Origin: Vampirovibrionaceae bacterium NZW_1234
GTDB lineage: Bacteria > Cyanobacteriota > Vampirovibrionia > Vampirovibrionales > JAGQHJ01
Direction of reading: 5' to 3'
NCBI GenBank assembly: GCA_041697335.1
Contig: JBGUGD010000030.1
Coordinates: 176,291 to 240,290, forward strand
DNA: 64,000 nt
Translations under genes and position numbers: made by a program
Shown: piece by piece, positions 10,919 through 19,515 of the stretch
How positions within the stretch are numbered: position 1 is the first letter of the stretch
Layout of the letters: each line of letters begins with the position of its first letter
The notes under the pieces: model-generated
Seen by the model: the letters and a program-made list of their open reading frames with translations, nothing else
Told to the model about the DNA's origin: nothing
Databases searched by the model: none

Positions 10919-11461
10919 ATGGCAAATGTGACTTTGATTTCGGCAAGAGATGCCTCTTCTCATCAGGTGGTCTGTGAACGGCTCCCTGAAGGAACAGTCC
11001 GGGTTCGTCTTGAGGATAGGGAGCTTGAGCTCTGGGTTCATTGGGACACTCCAACCTGGGGATGGGCCAGGAATCTACAAACAGGGGAAGTCCATGCCGT
11101 TGGGTGTGTGATCCAGGAGGATGAGGTCTATCTCTGGCTGGATGGGGGTACCTATCGGTTTACACGTCAATCTCCCCAAGCAAAACGGCGTCAGGGAGGA
11201 GCGGCCGGTGGGCCTGCTTCAGGGGATGTGAAAGCCCCAATGCCTGGCGCTATTTTGAAGGTTTTGGTTTCTGAAGGTGAGACTGTGGAGGCCAATACAC
11301 CCCTTGTTTTGATGGAGTCCATGAAAATGGAAATGTCACTGACAGCCCCCATTGCAGGGGTGGTGAGCGCTGTGGCGTGTTCTCCCGGTCAAATGGTTGA
11401 AATGAATATGGTCCTCATTCAACTCAGACAGGAGGGAGCGGATGGTTCTGAAAACGCCTAA
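10919..11461 (+). CDS. Biotin carboxyl carrier protein with N-terminal linker domain (split MCC alpha C-terminus)
   Basis: APMPG and ESMKME biotinylation motif. Confidence 0.88.
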   Translation: MANVTLISARDASSHQVVCERLPEGTVRVRLEDRELELWVHWDTPTWGWARNLQTGEVHAVGCVIQEDEVYLWLDGGTYRFTRQSPQAKRRQGGAAGGPASGDVKAPMPGAILKVLVSEGETVEANTPLVLMESMKMEMSLTAPIAGVVSAVACSPGQMVEMNMVLIQLRQEGADGSENA

Positions 11462-12368
11462 GGCCGTTCAAATTGTTGAAGTTGGGCCTCGTGACGGCCT
11501 GCAGAATGAATCAGCGGTGATTCCCGTTTCGGAAAAATTGGCCTTTATTGATCTTTTGGCCCAAAGTGGGTTGAGCCAGATTGAAATCACGTCTTTTGTC
11601 CATCCAAAGCGGATTCCACAGCTTGCGGATGCCATGGACGTATGCCAAGGTGTTGTTCCTCGAGATGGTTTGGTTTATTCGGCCTTGGTACCCAATATGA
11701 AGGGCCTGGAACGTGCCATTGAGGCCGGTATCAATCGTATTGCCGTCTTTACGGCTGCGTCTGAAACGTTTACGCAAAAGAACATTAATATGTCCATCCA
11801 AGAGTCTTTGGACACCTTTCAGCCCGTGGTTGAGGCTGCTTTAAATCACGGGATGTCCGTTCGGGGCTATGTTTCGACCTGTTTTGTCTGCCCATATGAA
11901 GGGGATGTGGCTCCTGAGAAGGTGGCCTCCGTTACGCAAGCCCTTGTTGCCATGGGCATTGATGAGGTGTCTTTGGGCGATACGATCGGGGCTGCTGCCC
12001 CGACGGATGTCTACCAGGTGTTGGAACCCCTGATGGCCTTGGTGCCGGTTGAAAAGCTTGCGTTGCATTTTCATGATACCTATGGGACGGCTTTAGCCAA
12101 TGTGGTGGCGGGTTTGGAGTTGGGTGTCACGACCTTTGACTCCTCTGCAGGTGGCTTGGGGGGCTGTCCCTATGCTCCCGGGGCATCCGGGAATCTTGCA
12201 ACCGAAGACCTGGTCTACCTGTTATCGCGAATGGGGATTCACACGGGGGTGAATTTAGAGGCCCTGGCAAACGCCTCTCGCCGAATACAACGTGTTCTGA
12301 ATCGCTCTCTTCCCAGTAAGCAGTTACAGCGTTTGGCGGCCTGTGATGTGCCGCAACCGGTGGAATGA
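11442..12368 (+). CDS. liuE: Hydroxymethylglutaryl-CoA lyase
   Basis: EVGPRDGLQNE, HFHDTYG, GLGGCPYAPGASGNLATED. Confidence 0.95.
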   Translation: MVLKTPKAVQIVEVGPRDGLQNESAVIPVSEKLAFIDLLAQSGLSQIEITSFVHPKRIPQLADAMDVCQGVVPRDGLVYSALVPNMKGLERAIEAGINRIAVFTAASETFTQKNINMSIQESLDTFQPVVEAALNHGMSVRGYVSTCFVCPYEGDVAPEKVASVTQALVAMGIDEVSLGDTIGAAAPTDVYQVLEPLMALVPVEKLALHFHDTYGTALANVVAGLELGVTTFDSSAGGLGGCPYAPGASGNLATEDLVYLLSRMGIHTGVNLEALANASRRIQRVLNRSLPSKQLQRLAACDVPQPVE

Positions 12369-12997
12369 CCTTAGATCTGCCCCCCGGTTTTTGGCTGGAC
12401 TCGGTGGATTCCACCCAAGATGAAGCGCGTCGCCTGATTGCCGCAGGTCGGATTTCTGGAACGGCCTTTGTTTATGCCAGTCATCAAACTGCCGGGCGAG
12501 GGACCAAGGGGCGGGTCTGGTCTTCTCCGAAAGATCGGGGTGTGTACCTGTCGGTGGTCCATCGAGCCCCTCAAAATGAGGGGTTTGTGGTAACCCCCAT
12601 CTATACCATGGCTGCCGGGGTGGCGTGTGTTGAAGCCTTATTGGCTACGACAGGGGTTAAAGTCGCTTTAAAGCCCATTAATGATTTATATGTCGATGGC
12701 CAAAAACTCGGGGGTATCCTGGTAGAAAGTGATGTTGCTTCCTACGGCTTGACTTCCCTCATTACCGGCATTGGAATTAACACTCATACTGAATACCATA
12801 CGCTGGATCGGCCGGTGGTCACGCCCGTGGCGCTGGAAGCGCTGATGGCTCCGGACGCTTTTTTAGCCTTAAACCTCGATACTGTTGTGGAAACCCTAGT
12901 AGCCAAAGTTTGTTTTTGGTACGGCTTGGTTTTTAGTGGGCAGGAAGGCCAGGTTAGCCGGGCCTGGGAGCGTCATGTGTTGCCTGAATTAGCCTAG
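12365..12997 (+). CDS. birA: Biotin--protein ligase (no HTH domain)
   Basis: DSTQD, QTAGRGTKGRVW, KPINDLYVDGQKLGGILVE, GIGIN. Confidence 0.9.
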   Translation: MTLDLPPGFWLDSVDSTQDEARRLIAAGRISGTAFVYASHQTAGRGTKGRVWSSPKDRGVYLSVVHRAPQNEGFVVTPIYTMAAGVACVEALLATTGVKVALKPINDLYVDGQKLGGILVESDVASYGLTSLITGIGINTHTEYHTLDRPVVTPVALEALMAPDAFLALNLDTVVETLVAKVCFWYGLVFSGQEGQVSRAWERHVLPELA

Positions 12998-13118
12998 GTT
13001 CTGTCTTTTCCTTTGAACGATTTTGAATGTAAATTTCGCTGATTGAGATGAATGGTTCTCCCTTTGGTCTAAGACAGCTATAATATAAACGATAGCGTGA
13101 ATGAGGCCTGAACGTTCC

Positions 13119-14471
13119 ATGTACCAACGAACAGCCACGGTTAAAGTGGGTTTGTTGACCATCATCTCTCTGGCAGTATTGATCACCACCGTTATTTGGT
13201 TGCGTGGACGCAGCTTGGGCGGGGGGCAAAGTTTTGAAGTGCTTTTCAGAGATGTGGATGGCATGCGTGAAGGGGCTTCAGTTCAGTTTATGGGGATTCG
13301 GGTTGGGTTTGTGGATCAGGTGGTCCCATTTCAGCTGAGTGATAAGAAATACCGGGTTCGGGTGAAGTTTACCGTCACTGAACCTCGGGTTCATATTCCC
13401 AAGGGGTCCACGATTTCACTGCAACAGTCTGGGATTATCGGGGAGAAGTTTGTTGAAATTACACCGCCCCGGCCTCGTATTCGGGAAATTACATTATCCG
13501 AACGTGATGAGGCCATTACTCGCAATATGCCTATTAAGGTGAAATTCAAGAATGGTCTGATGCAGGTGGGCTATGTCATCGGGGCCTCTGTAGACGAGGT
13601 GCGTACTATTGCCCATCCGAACCCCGATTATGTCTATCAGATTCAGTACGTCATTAATAAGCCAGGCTACTTGGCGCCCTCTGAGCCGGAATTGAAGGTG
13701 ATTCATCCCCAAAGTGGTCAGGCTTATATGGTTATGGAAGATCTGTTGGCCAGCTTTCAACACAGCCCTCAGTTGGAAACCTACTTTACGCTGGAAGAGC
13801 CGCTGCGACTCAAAGAATTCTTGGAAATGCAGTTGGCCTCTGCGGAATCGCTGAAGATGACCAACGATAAAATCAACAAATTGTTGTCCGATGAAGCCAT
13901 TATGTCCTTGCAGACAACATTTAAAAACTCTGAGCAGCTGACGGCTCAAGCTTCCAAGGTTTTGGCCCATGCCAATTCCCTGTTTTCGACCACCTCCCAA
14001 GACCTTCACACACTGGTGGCATCCACCCAGCATTTGACGAACAATGTGGTGGCAGTTAGCCAGAATATCAATGAGGTGGTTGGCGATCCTAAGCTGAAAG
14101 CCAATATTATGAAGACGGTCGATTCCATTGAGCAATCCAGCACCGCGTTGAACAATATTCTTCAAGATCCGGCCCTGAAGCTCCTGATTTCCGATGCCCA
14201 GGTGACATCGCAAAATGCGGCTCAGTTAATGACCTATCTTCGGCAAACGGCTGTGGATAATGACCTGCAGGGGCGTTTGAATGAATCCTTGACCTTGTTG
14301 AATTCTTCTCTGGTCCGGTTGAATACCGTAATGGGCGATGTGGAAACGGTGACGGGGGATAAGGCCAGCTTGCAGTCCATTATTCAGGAAACCCGTGAAA
14401 CATCGCAAAACCTCAATCGATTTTCAGAGCGTCTCAATAAACGCTTCCTGCTGTTTCGCCTCTTATTTTAG
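13119..14471 (+). CDS. MlaD/MCE family protein with long helical C-terminus
   Basis: N-terminal TM (VKVGLLTII), GASVQFMGIRVGFV, GIIGEKFVEITP; start could be 13101. Confidence 0.85.
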   Translation: MYQRTATVKVGLLTIISLAVLITTVIWLRGRSLGGGQSFEVLFRDVDGMREGASVQFMGIRVGFVDQVVPFQLSDKKYRVRVKFTVTEPRVHIPKGSTISLQQSGIIGEKFVEITPPRPRIREITLSERDEAITRNMPIKVKFKNGLMQVGYVIGASVDEVRTIAHPNPDYVYQIQYVINKPGYLAPSEPELKVIHPQSGQAYMVMEDLLASFQHSPQLETYFTLEEPLRLKEFLEMQLASAESLKMTNDKINKLLSDEAIMSLQTTFKNSEQLTAQASKVLAHANSLFSTTSQDLHTLVASTQHLTNNVVAVSQNINEVVGDPKLKANIMKTVDSIEQSSTALNNILQDPALKLLISDAQVTSQNAAQLMTYLRQTAVDNDLQGRLNESLTLLNSSLVRLNTVMGDVETVTGDKASLQSIIQETRETSQNLNRFSERLNKRFLLFRLLF

Positions 14472-14723
14472 CCGGCGAATCCATAACCGATGGGCATGGG
14501 GATCTTCGGCCAAGGGTTCCTGTTTGACGATGGCATGGCCTTCGGCTTGAATGCTTTTGGGAATGTTCATTACCGAATCCGAATCGGCGCTAATCCATAC
14601 TTCGAGGATGCTGTTGAGGGGCAGTTTTTCTAAAGCCAAGCGGGTTTTTACAAAATTCAGGGGGCATTTGGTGGTGCGAAAATCAAGAACCTCACAGGGC
14701 CTTTCCTCAGAAAGAAAGCTCAT
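14463..14723 (-). CDS. TusA/SirA-family sulfur carrier
   Basis: LDFRTTKCPLNFVKTRLALEKL signature; ATG 14723 overlaps the upstream stop. Confidence 0.85.
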   Translation of the reverse strand: MSFLSEERPCEVLDFRTTKCPLNFVKTRLALEKLPLNSILEVWISADSDSVMNIPKSIQAEGHAIVKQEPLAEDPHAHRLWIRRLK

Positions 14724-14998
14724 GGCGTATGGCCTCCGGGGCAAAAGCAGCTTTTATCCAGAATGCGAGGGCAGGGCTTATAGTCAAAATTATCCCATGG
14801 CGTCTTAAAGCATTCGCGCGCTTCGACATAATCCAAAATCCAATGATAAAACGCTTCGGGTGTTTGGCCCTCTTGTGCCGCCAAACACTCCAGACAGTAC
14901 ATATCTTCAATGTTATCCAGCACCAGATTCATGACCTGGATTCGTTCGCAGTAGGGGCGACCGCAGGCGTCACATGGGTAGTCAAAGAAATCGCTCAT
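14720..14998 (-). CDS. Small Cys-rich putative metal-binding protein
   Basis: 92 aa with CxxC, C, CxxC and further Cys; translationally coupled to the TusA-family gene. Confidence 0.7.
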   Translation of the reverse strand: MSDFFDYPCDACGRPYCERIQVMNLVLDNIEDMYCLECLAAQEGQTPEAFYHWILDYVEARECFKTPWDNFDYKPCPRILDKSCFCPGGHTP

Positions 14999-15068
14999 GG
15001 GGCTGCTTTATTGCCGTGGGCCTTTGTCGTACCATTTTGGGCAACGTCAGCAATTCATGGAGACCACC

Positions 15069-16460
15069 ATGGTCGAAACCTCTGATACCACCCGCATTGC
15101 CTATATAGCTGTGGACGATACCACCGGCTTGTTGCCCGCAGTTTCGAGTTTACAGGAGCAAGGCTTTGTTTTCAATGGGCCGGCCTACATGATGGGCTGG
15201 TTTGAGGCCCAAGGTATTCCGTTTCAGCCCCTGCCGATGAGTGCGATTTTGACCACCCTGGACGCCCATTCGGCAAAATCTGTGGCCTGGATCTTTATCC
15301 TTCATGGGGAGGCTTCTGCCGCCCATGGCGAACATGCCCATTTGATGGCATTAACGACCTTTGTGCAGGTTCAGGCCTTGCCAGGCGTATGGTTGTTGAC
15401 GCAGCCGGCACAGTATCGTTATCTGACTGTTCCAAATCTGCAGGAATCAGAACAGTGGGGACGGGTCAGTCGGCAGCTATACCAGGAGGTGCATCCAGGC
15501 GAGTCCTTGACGTTGGTTAAAAAAGCGATCCCGGGTGCCGTTACTTCCGGGGTTTATACAGCCAATCCCGCCTGGCTGGATGCGATTCGGGTGCTTCCAA
15601 ACGCAAGTGGTATGAGGCGTTTGAGTCAAGCTCAGCTTCGCCATGTGTTGTTGGGCACCCATTTATTGGTTCAGGCCGGGCGAACGGAAGGGATTTTTCC
15701 AGCCCAGGCCTACTTGTTGCATCATGGTGTGCCGGTGCAAATGGCATGTCACCCAGAAAATCTGGAGACGGCTATGACGCATGTGCTATTTCAGAACAGT
15801 CTTCAAACGCCTGGGGCAACCCTGGTGACATCACAGGCCATATCGCCGGAGATGGTTTCCCAAGCAGTATCTGCGGGTGTCTTGGTATTCGTGGCGCCGC
15901 ATTGGGAGGAGGCTTCCTTGGTTCGTCTTTCAGGAAGGGCTGTTGGCGTTTTGTTTGATGTGAGTCAATTGCAACTTGGTTCGGCAGAATTGATGCCCTT
16001 AGGTCCGTCAACGCTGATGTATCGGGCTTCGGGGGTTGATGCTCATCAAGTGCTTTGGCAGACAGCGAAGAAGCCGAGTGCTGAAGAGCTTCAGGATTTG
16101 GAGCTGGGCCTGGTTTTGGCCGAACAAATGGTTGGTAGCAGCGTCACCTTGATCAAAAAACAAACGACACTGGCCGTGGTGACGGGTCATGCTTTGCCTG
16201 TCGATGCTGCTGAGTTGGCGATTTCCCACGCCTCGGGTGAAACCGATGGGGCGGTCTGTGTGGTTACTGGCGATGTTCTCTCTCCTTCGCTTCTGGATAT
16301 TTTGATTCAAGCCCGCGTGGCTGGGGTCTTGTTCTATCATGCCGAAGGATATGATGAGGTTACTTTAAAGACCTTAAAGGATCTGCCATTCTTTGTTGGG
16401 TGTTATACCGAACCTGAAGGCGTCCAAGCCTTACAACCTGCGGGGGTGCGCCATGGGTAG
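15069..16460 (+). CDS. Highly diverged PurH (IMP cyclohydrolase/AICAR transformylase)-like protein, catalytic motifs degenerate
   Basis: RIAYIAVDDTTGL and KPSAEELQDLELG...VDAAELAISHA...GAV resemble PurH termini by eye; GGAG RBS before ATG 15069. Confidence 0.6.
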   Translation: MVETSDTTRIAYIAVDDTTGLLPAVSSLQEQGFVFNGPAYMMGWFEAQGIPFQPLPMSAILTTLDAHSAKSVAWIFILHGEASAAHGEHAHLMALTTFVQVQALPGVWLLTQPAQYRYLTVPNLQESEQWGRVSRQLYQEVHPGESLTLVKKAIPGAVTSGVYTANPAWLDAIRVLPNASGMRRLSQAQLRHVLLGTHLLVQAGRTEGIFPAQAYLLHHGVPVQMACHPENLETAMTHVLFQNSLQTPGATLVTSQAISPEMVSQAVSAGVLVFVAPHWEEASLVRLSGRAVGVLFDVSQLQLGSAELMPLGPSTLMYRASGVDAHQVLWQTAKKPSAEELQDLELGLVLAEQMVGSSVTLIKKQTTLAVVTGHALPVDAAELAISHASGETDGAVCVVTGDVLSPSLLDILIQARVAGVLFYHAEGYDEVTLKTLKDLPFFVGCYTEPEGVQALQPAGVRHG

Positions 16461-17055
16461 ATTTGCTGGACGCCAAAGCAGACCTTATCTAAAAGCGGCT
16501 TTGTTTATTGGCTGCATCACCACGAGCCTTGTATTCGTTGGGTGTAAGCAAGACAAGGCCGTCTATCAACCTGCGGTGGCTAAGTTGGTTCAGTCTGCTG
16601 ATGCCCTGAAGAAAGCCAATCGTGTGGATGAAGCGATTTGCCGTCTTCATGCGGCAGTCGATATTTCTCCAGATACATTTCAGCTGCATTACAATCTGGG
16701 GGTATTGTATTCTCAGGCCAACAGATGGGCAGAAAGTGCTGCGGAACTTGAAAAAGCCGTGAAGCTATCGCCCAATGACCCTAATGCGTGGTATACCTTA
16801 GGCTATGCGTATACGGCCATGGGCGATCAGGCAAAGCGCCCGTCTCCTACAAATGGCTCTCAAGACATGGGTTCTGGACCACCTACGGGCCCTTCAGCTG
16901 AGATGTTAGCCATGGCACAGGCCTACTATCAGCAAGCCCTACAAGCATTTGATCGCTATATGGCTGTGGCCCCCCAGACCGATTCCGGACGGCAACAAGT
17001 TCAACAGCAAATGCGCTATCTTCAGGCACAATTAGGCCAAGCTGCGGCCCATTAA
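16453..17055 (+). CDS. TPR-repeat lipoprotein
   Basis: Lipobox VFVG-C; TPR motifs LHYNLGVLY and AWYTLGYAY. Confidence 0.82.
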   Translation: MGRFAGRQSRPYLKAALFIGCITTSLVFVGCKQDKAVYQPAVAKLVQSADALKKANRVDEAICRLHAAVDISPDTFQLHYNLGVLYSQANRWAESAAELEKAVKLSPNDPNAWYTLGYAYTAMGDQAKRPSPTNGSQDMGSGPPTGPSAEMLAMAQAYYQQALQAFDRYMAVAPQTDSGRQQVQQQMRYLQAQLGQAAAH

Positions 17056-17156
17056 GTCTTTTTTGTCTTGCACTACACCATACACGGGGTCTAATCTGCG
17101 TTTGGCTCTGATTGAAGCTGGTACATATTTCAACGTGAAATTGAGGATGTTGCTTA

Positions 17157-17211
17157 TTGCAAATTATTCTCAATTAAGATACACTTATTTTGTAATCGAG
17201 AATCATTCTCA
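17157..17211 (+). promoter_or_regulatory. Sigma70 promoter overlapped by two Fur-box-like 7-1-7 sites
   Basis: TTGCAA(17157)-17 nt-TACACT(17180); TGCAAATTATTCTCA 17158-17172 and CGAGAATCATTCTCA 17197-17211 vs consensus TGATAATnATTATCA. Confidence 0.65.
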
Positions 17212-17300
17212 ACTAGATTTTTATTTGACTGACATAGGGGCAGTTGACGACTCCTAAATGGGCTTTACCTCCTATACACAACTGCCCTATTTTTCTTTTT
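17192..17300 (+). ncRNA. Candidate iron-regulated small RNA
   Basis: Promoter and Fur-like boxes between convergent genes; stem 17234-17246/17279-17290 then U-tract; loop holds CTCCT and CCTCCT. Confidence 0.45.
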
Positions 17301-17372
17301 GTCAATTCAATATGCCAAATTACTTCCCAGGCATGGCTGCCCAGGTTTCAGGGATAATCTTGCAAGCCAATT

Positions 17373-18506
17373 TTATGCTGGCTGATGCGATAGAAGGTGT
17401 TGATATTCTGCGCTGGTTAAAGGGGGGACAGCTGCTAAGGCTAAATTTTCTTCAACATGGTTTGCTTGTTTGTGACCCACGAGTGGGGCCGTGACGCCGG
17501 GTGTTGAACGGGCAATCTGAAGGCAGGTTTGGGCAGGCGTCAGATTACCAATGGGGTTGAGATCGGCATTGAGTAAATGTCCTTGCATCAGGGGGACGCT
17601 GGTGAAAATGGATAAACCCAAGGCTTGGGCGGCATGGAACAGTGGGGTCTGACTGCCTCGAACCGGCTGATTGGGGCTTAATAATGCTTCTAAAAAAGCA
17701 AAGTTAAAAGGCACCTGAATAAACCGAAATCCATGGTGGGTTCCGCCAACTTCCTGAGCTATCTGGATGACGCTTTCCAAATCCAAATAGCGCTCGGTTT
17801 CATCAGGCGGGAGTCGAAAACAGTCCCAAGTGGCCATACCATAGTAGCGAATCTGATTTTGGGCACGGGCAGACTCATAAAATGTAAATGCCTCGCGAAG
17901 GCGATTTAAAAACATATGTCGCCCTACGTGAGCCAATTGCGATTCTGCCGCATTGTGAAGATACATTAAATCAATGGTCTCCAGGCCCAGGTTTTCTCGG
18001 CTCTGGTTCAATTGAAACTCAAGAAATCGAGGCGTCATGCTATGACAATTACCAACAATGTCCTCCGGTGTAATCACGCCACTATTCAGGTAAGTCTCAA
18101 TGCAATAGGCTCGGTAGTCCGGATTATTATCGGCATCTGCTGTCAAATAACCATTCTTCGAGCACACAAACACTTCATCCCGTTGTACGGTACCGTTGGT
18201 AAATAGGGTACTCAGCGCTTTTCCCAAAGAACGTTCAGATGCTTGGTGACGGTAATTAATGGCCGTGTCGAGAACATTGATGGCTCCTGAGGCTATTGAA
18301 GTGATGGCTGCTTCCATCATCTGCGTACTGGTTTGAATATCAATATCGCCTAAGTAGGTTCCCATCCCCAAACTCGTGAGCACCAAGCCTTGAGGGGTTT
18401 TTCGGAAATGCCCCTGAGCCACCTGGCTCTGTCCTTCATGCCGAGCTTGATAACGTTGGGTCCCTTCTGAGGTCGCGTGACCGCTCCATTGTGTCATCGG
18501 TGCCAA
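17373..18506 (-). CDS. Aldo/keto reductase
   Basis: SLGMGTYLG, DTAINYRHQASE, CSKNG, IDLMYLHN, PLMQG motifs; start 18506 or 18497. Confidence 0.9.
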   Translation of the reverse strand: MAPMTQWSGHATSEGTQRYQARHEGQSQVAQGHFRKTPQGLVLTSLGMGTYLGDIDIQTSTQMMEAAITSIASGAINVLDTAINYRHQASERSLGKALSTLFTNGTVQRDEVFVCSKNGYLTADADNNPDYRAYCIETYLNSGVITPEDIVGNCHSMTPRFLEFQLNQSRENLGLETIDLMYLHNAAESQLAHVGRHMFLNRLREAFTFYESARAQNQIRYYGMATWDCFRLPPDETERYLDLESVIQIAQEVGGTHHGFRFIQVPFNFAFLEALLSPNQPVRGSQTPLFHAAQALGLSIFTSVPLMQGHLLNADLNPIGNLTPAQTCLQIARSTPGVTAPLVGHKQANHVEENLALAAVPPLTSAEYQHLLSHQPA

Positions 18507-18592
18507 TCTTTCTTAAGGAGGACTGCTTTTTGTTTATCATACCGCAGTTCTGATAGATAAAAATTCTTGCCGCGAAAAACTACGTGTGACTC

Positions 18593-18630
18593 TCCTTGCG
18601 ACAAACAACACGAAACGCATGTCGCAAGGA
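18593..18630. terminator. Inverted repeat, possible terminator
   Basis: TCCTTGCGACA...TGTCGCAAGGA perfect 11-bp stem just downstream of the 18663-19055 gene; no clear U-tract. Confidence 0.35.
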
Positions 18631-18662
18631 CACAAAAATAATGCTGAGTAAGGATCCGTGAG

Positions 18663-19055
18663 TTAAATCACGATGTCTAATTTATTCCCAGACTCAGGTG
18701 TAGGTGCTTTCGGGGCCCGAAAGGTCACGGGCATATTATCTGACACGCGGGTTAATAATTCATCTACGTGAGAGACATCTGCACCACGGGCACCGTTAAA
18801 GGTTTTTTCGGAATTGGCCACGTAGGCAAAAGATACGCCAGCATTGGCCAGCGTTCTGGCGCTTTCCATATTCTGTTCTTTGGCGACTCTGGTTTTTCGA
18901 CTGTCATCTGAGAATTGGATGACAAAGTGATCCTTGGGAATATTGTCGCCGGTTCGATTAACTTGCCATTGGGGAAACTGATCGGACAAGGCCATCGGTT
19001 TGACGGTTTGCCAGTGCGAATTATGGATCAGCGCTTTACCACGAAATTGAATCAT
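18663..19055 (-). CDS. Small hypothetical protein with C-terminal GNKLDIVI motif
   Basis: 130-aa ORF with GAGGTG RBS and a sigma28-like promoter upstream. Confidence 0.7.
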   Translation of the reverse strand: MIQFRGKALIHNSHWQTVKPMALSDQFPQWQVNRTGDNIPKDHFVIQFSDDSRKTRVAKEQNMESARTLANAGVSFAYVANSEKTFNGARGADVSHVDELLTRVSDNMPVTFRAPKAPTPESGNKLDIVI

Positions 19056-19111
19056 AGCGGTTCACCTCACTATTCCCGTTTCTTCTTCCTGTGTTCCTGT
19101 TCGACTCGAAC

Positions 19112-19138
19112 TTATCGCCAAGATTGAATTCAAATTAA
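19112..19138 (-). promoter_or_regulatory. Sigma28 (FliA)-like promoter
   Basis: TTAA-N15-GGCGATAA vs consensus TAAA-N15-GCCGATAA. Confidence 0.45.
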
Positions 19139-19291
19139 TATTAAAAAATAGATGAACCAACCTAGTTATTGGCGACAGAGCATCCCCAGCGGGTCACCAG
19201 TCACATTTTCTAAAACCTTACGATTTAATCATATTTTGTCCATTCGATCAATACGCGTCATTGTTATGCGACGCGGAGCGAAAAATTTCGG

Positions 19292-19320
19292 TTGACATGA
19301 CTGTCTGTGATCGATAGGGT
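19292..19320 (+). promoter_or_regulatory. Sigma70-like promoter upstream of the prkA operon
   Basis: TTGACA-17 nt-TAGGGT; second TTGACA at 19385 in an AT-rich region. Confidence 0.45.
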
Positions 19321-19515
19321 TAATACCGCCAATAGGCTTTTTAAGAGGAACCTTAGCTCTTCAAGTCGTGAAATAAAACTTTACTTGACATTGTGATAAG
19401 TAAGTTTGATCATAAGTCAGTTATTATTCATATCACGAATAATAAATTAATTCTTTTCTATAACCTCTTAAACAGGCAGTATCGCATTAGGTAGTTGCAG
19501 AGTGAGATAGCAATA

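Noticed and set aside
16453..16470. MGRFAG at the start of the TPR lipoprotein as an RF leader
   Set aside because: It lies in the n-region of an ordinary lipoprotein signal peptide with no preceding disordered leader; probably coincidental
17258..17494. 78-aa ORF as the target of the Fur-box promoter
   Set aside because: It runs through the hairpin/U-tract, overlaps the AKR gene antisense and lacks a good RBS
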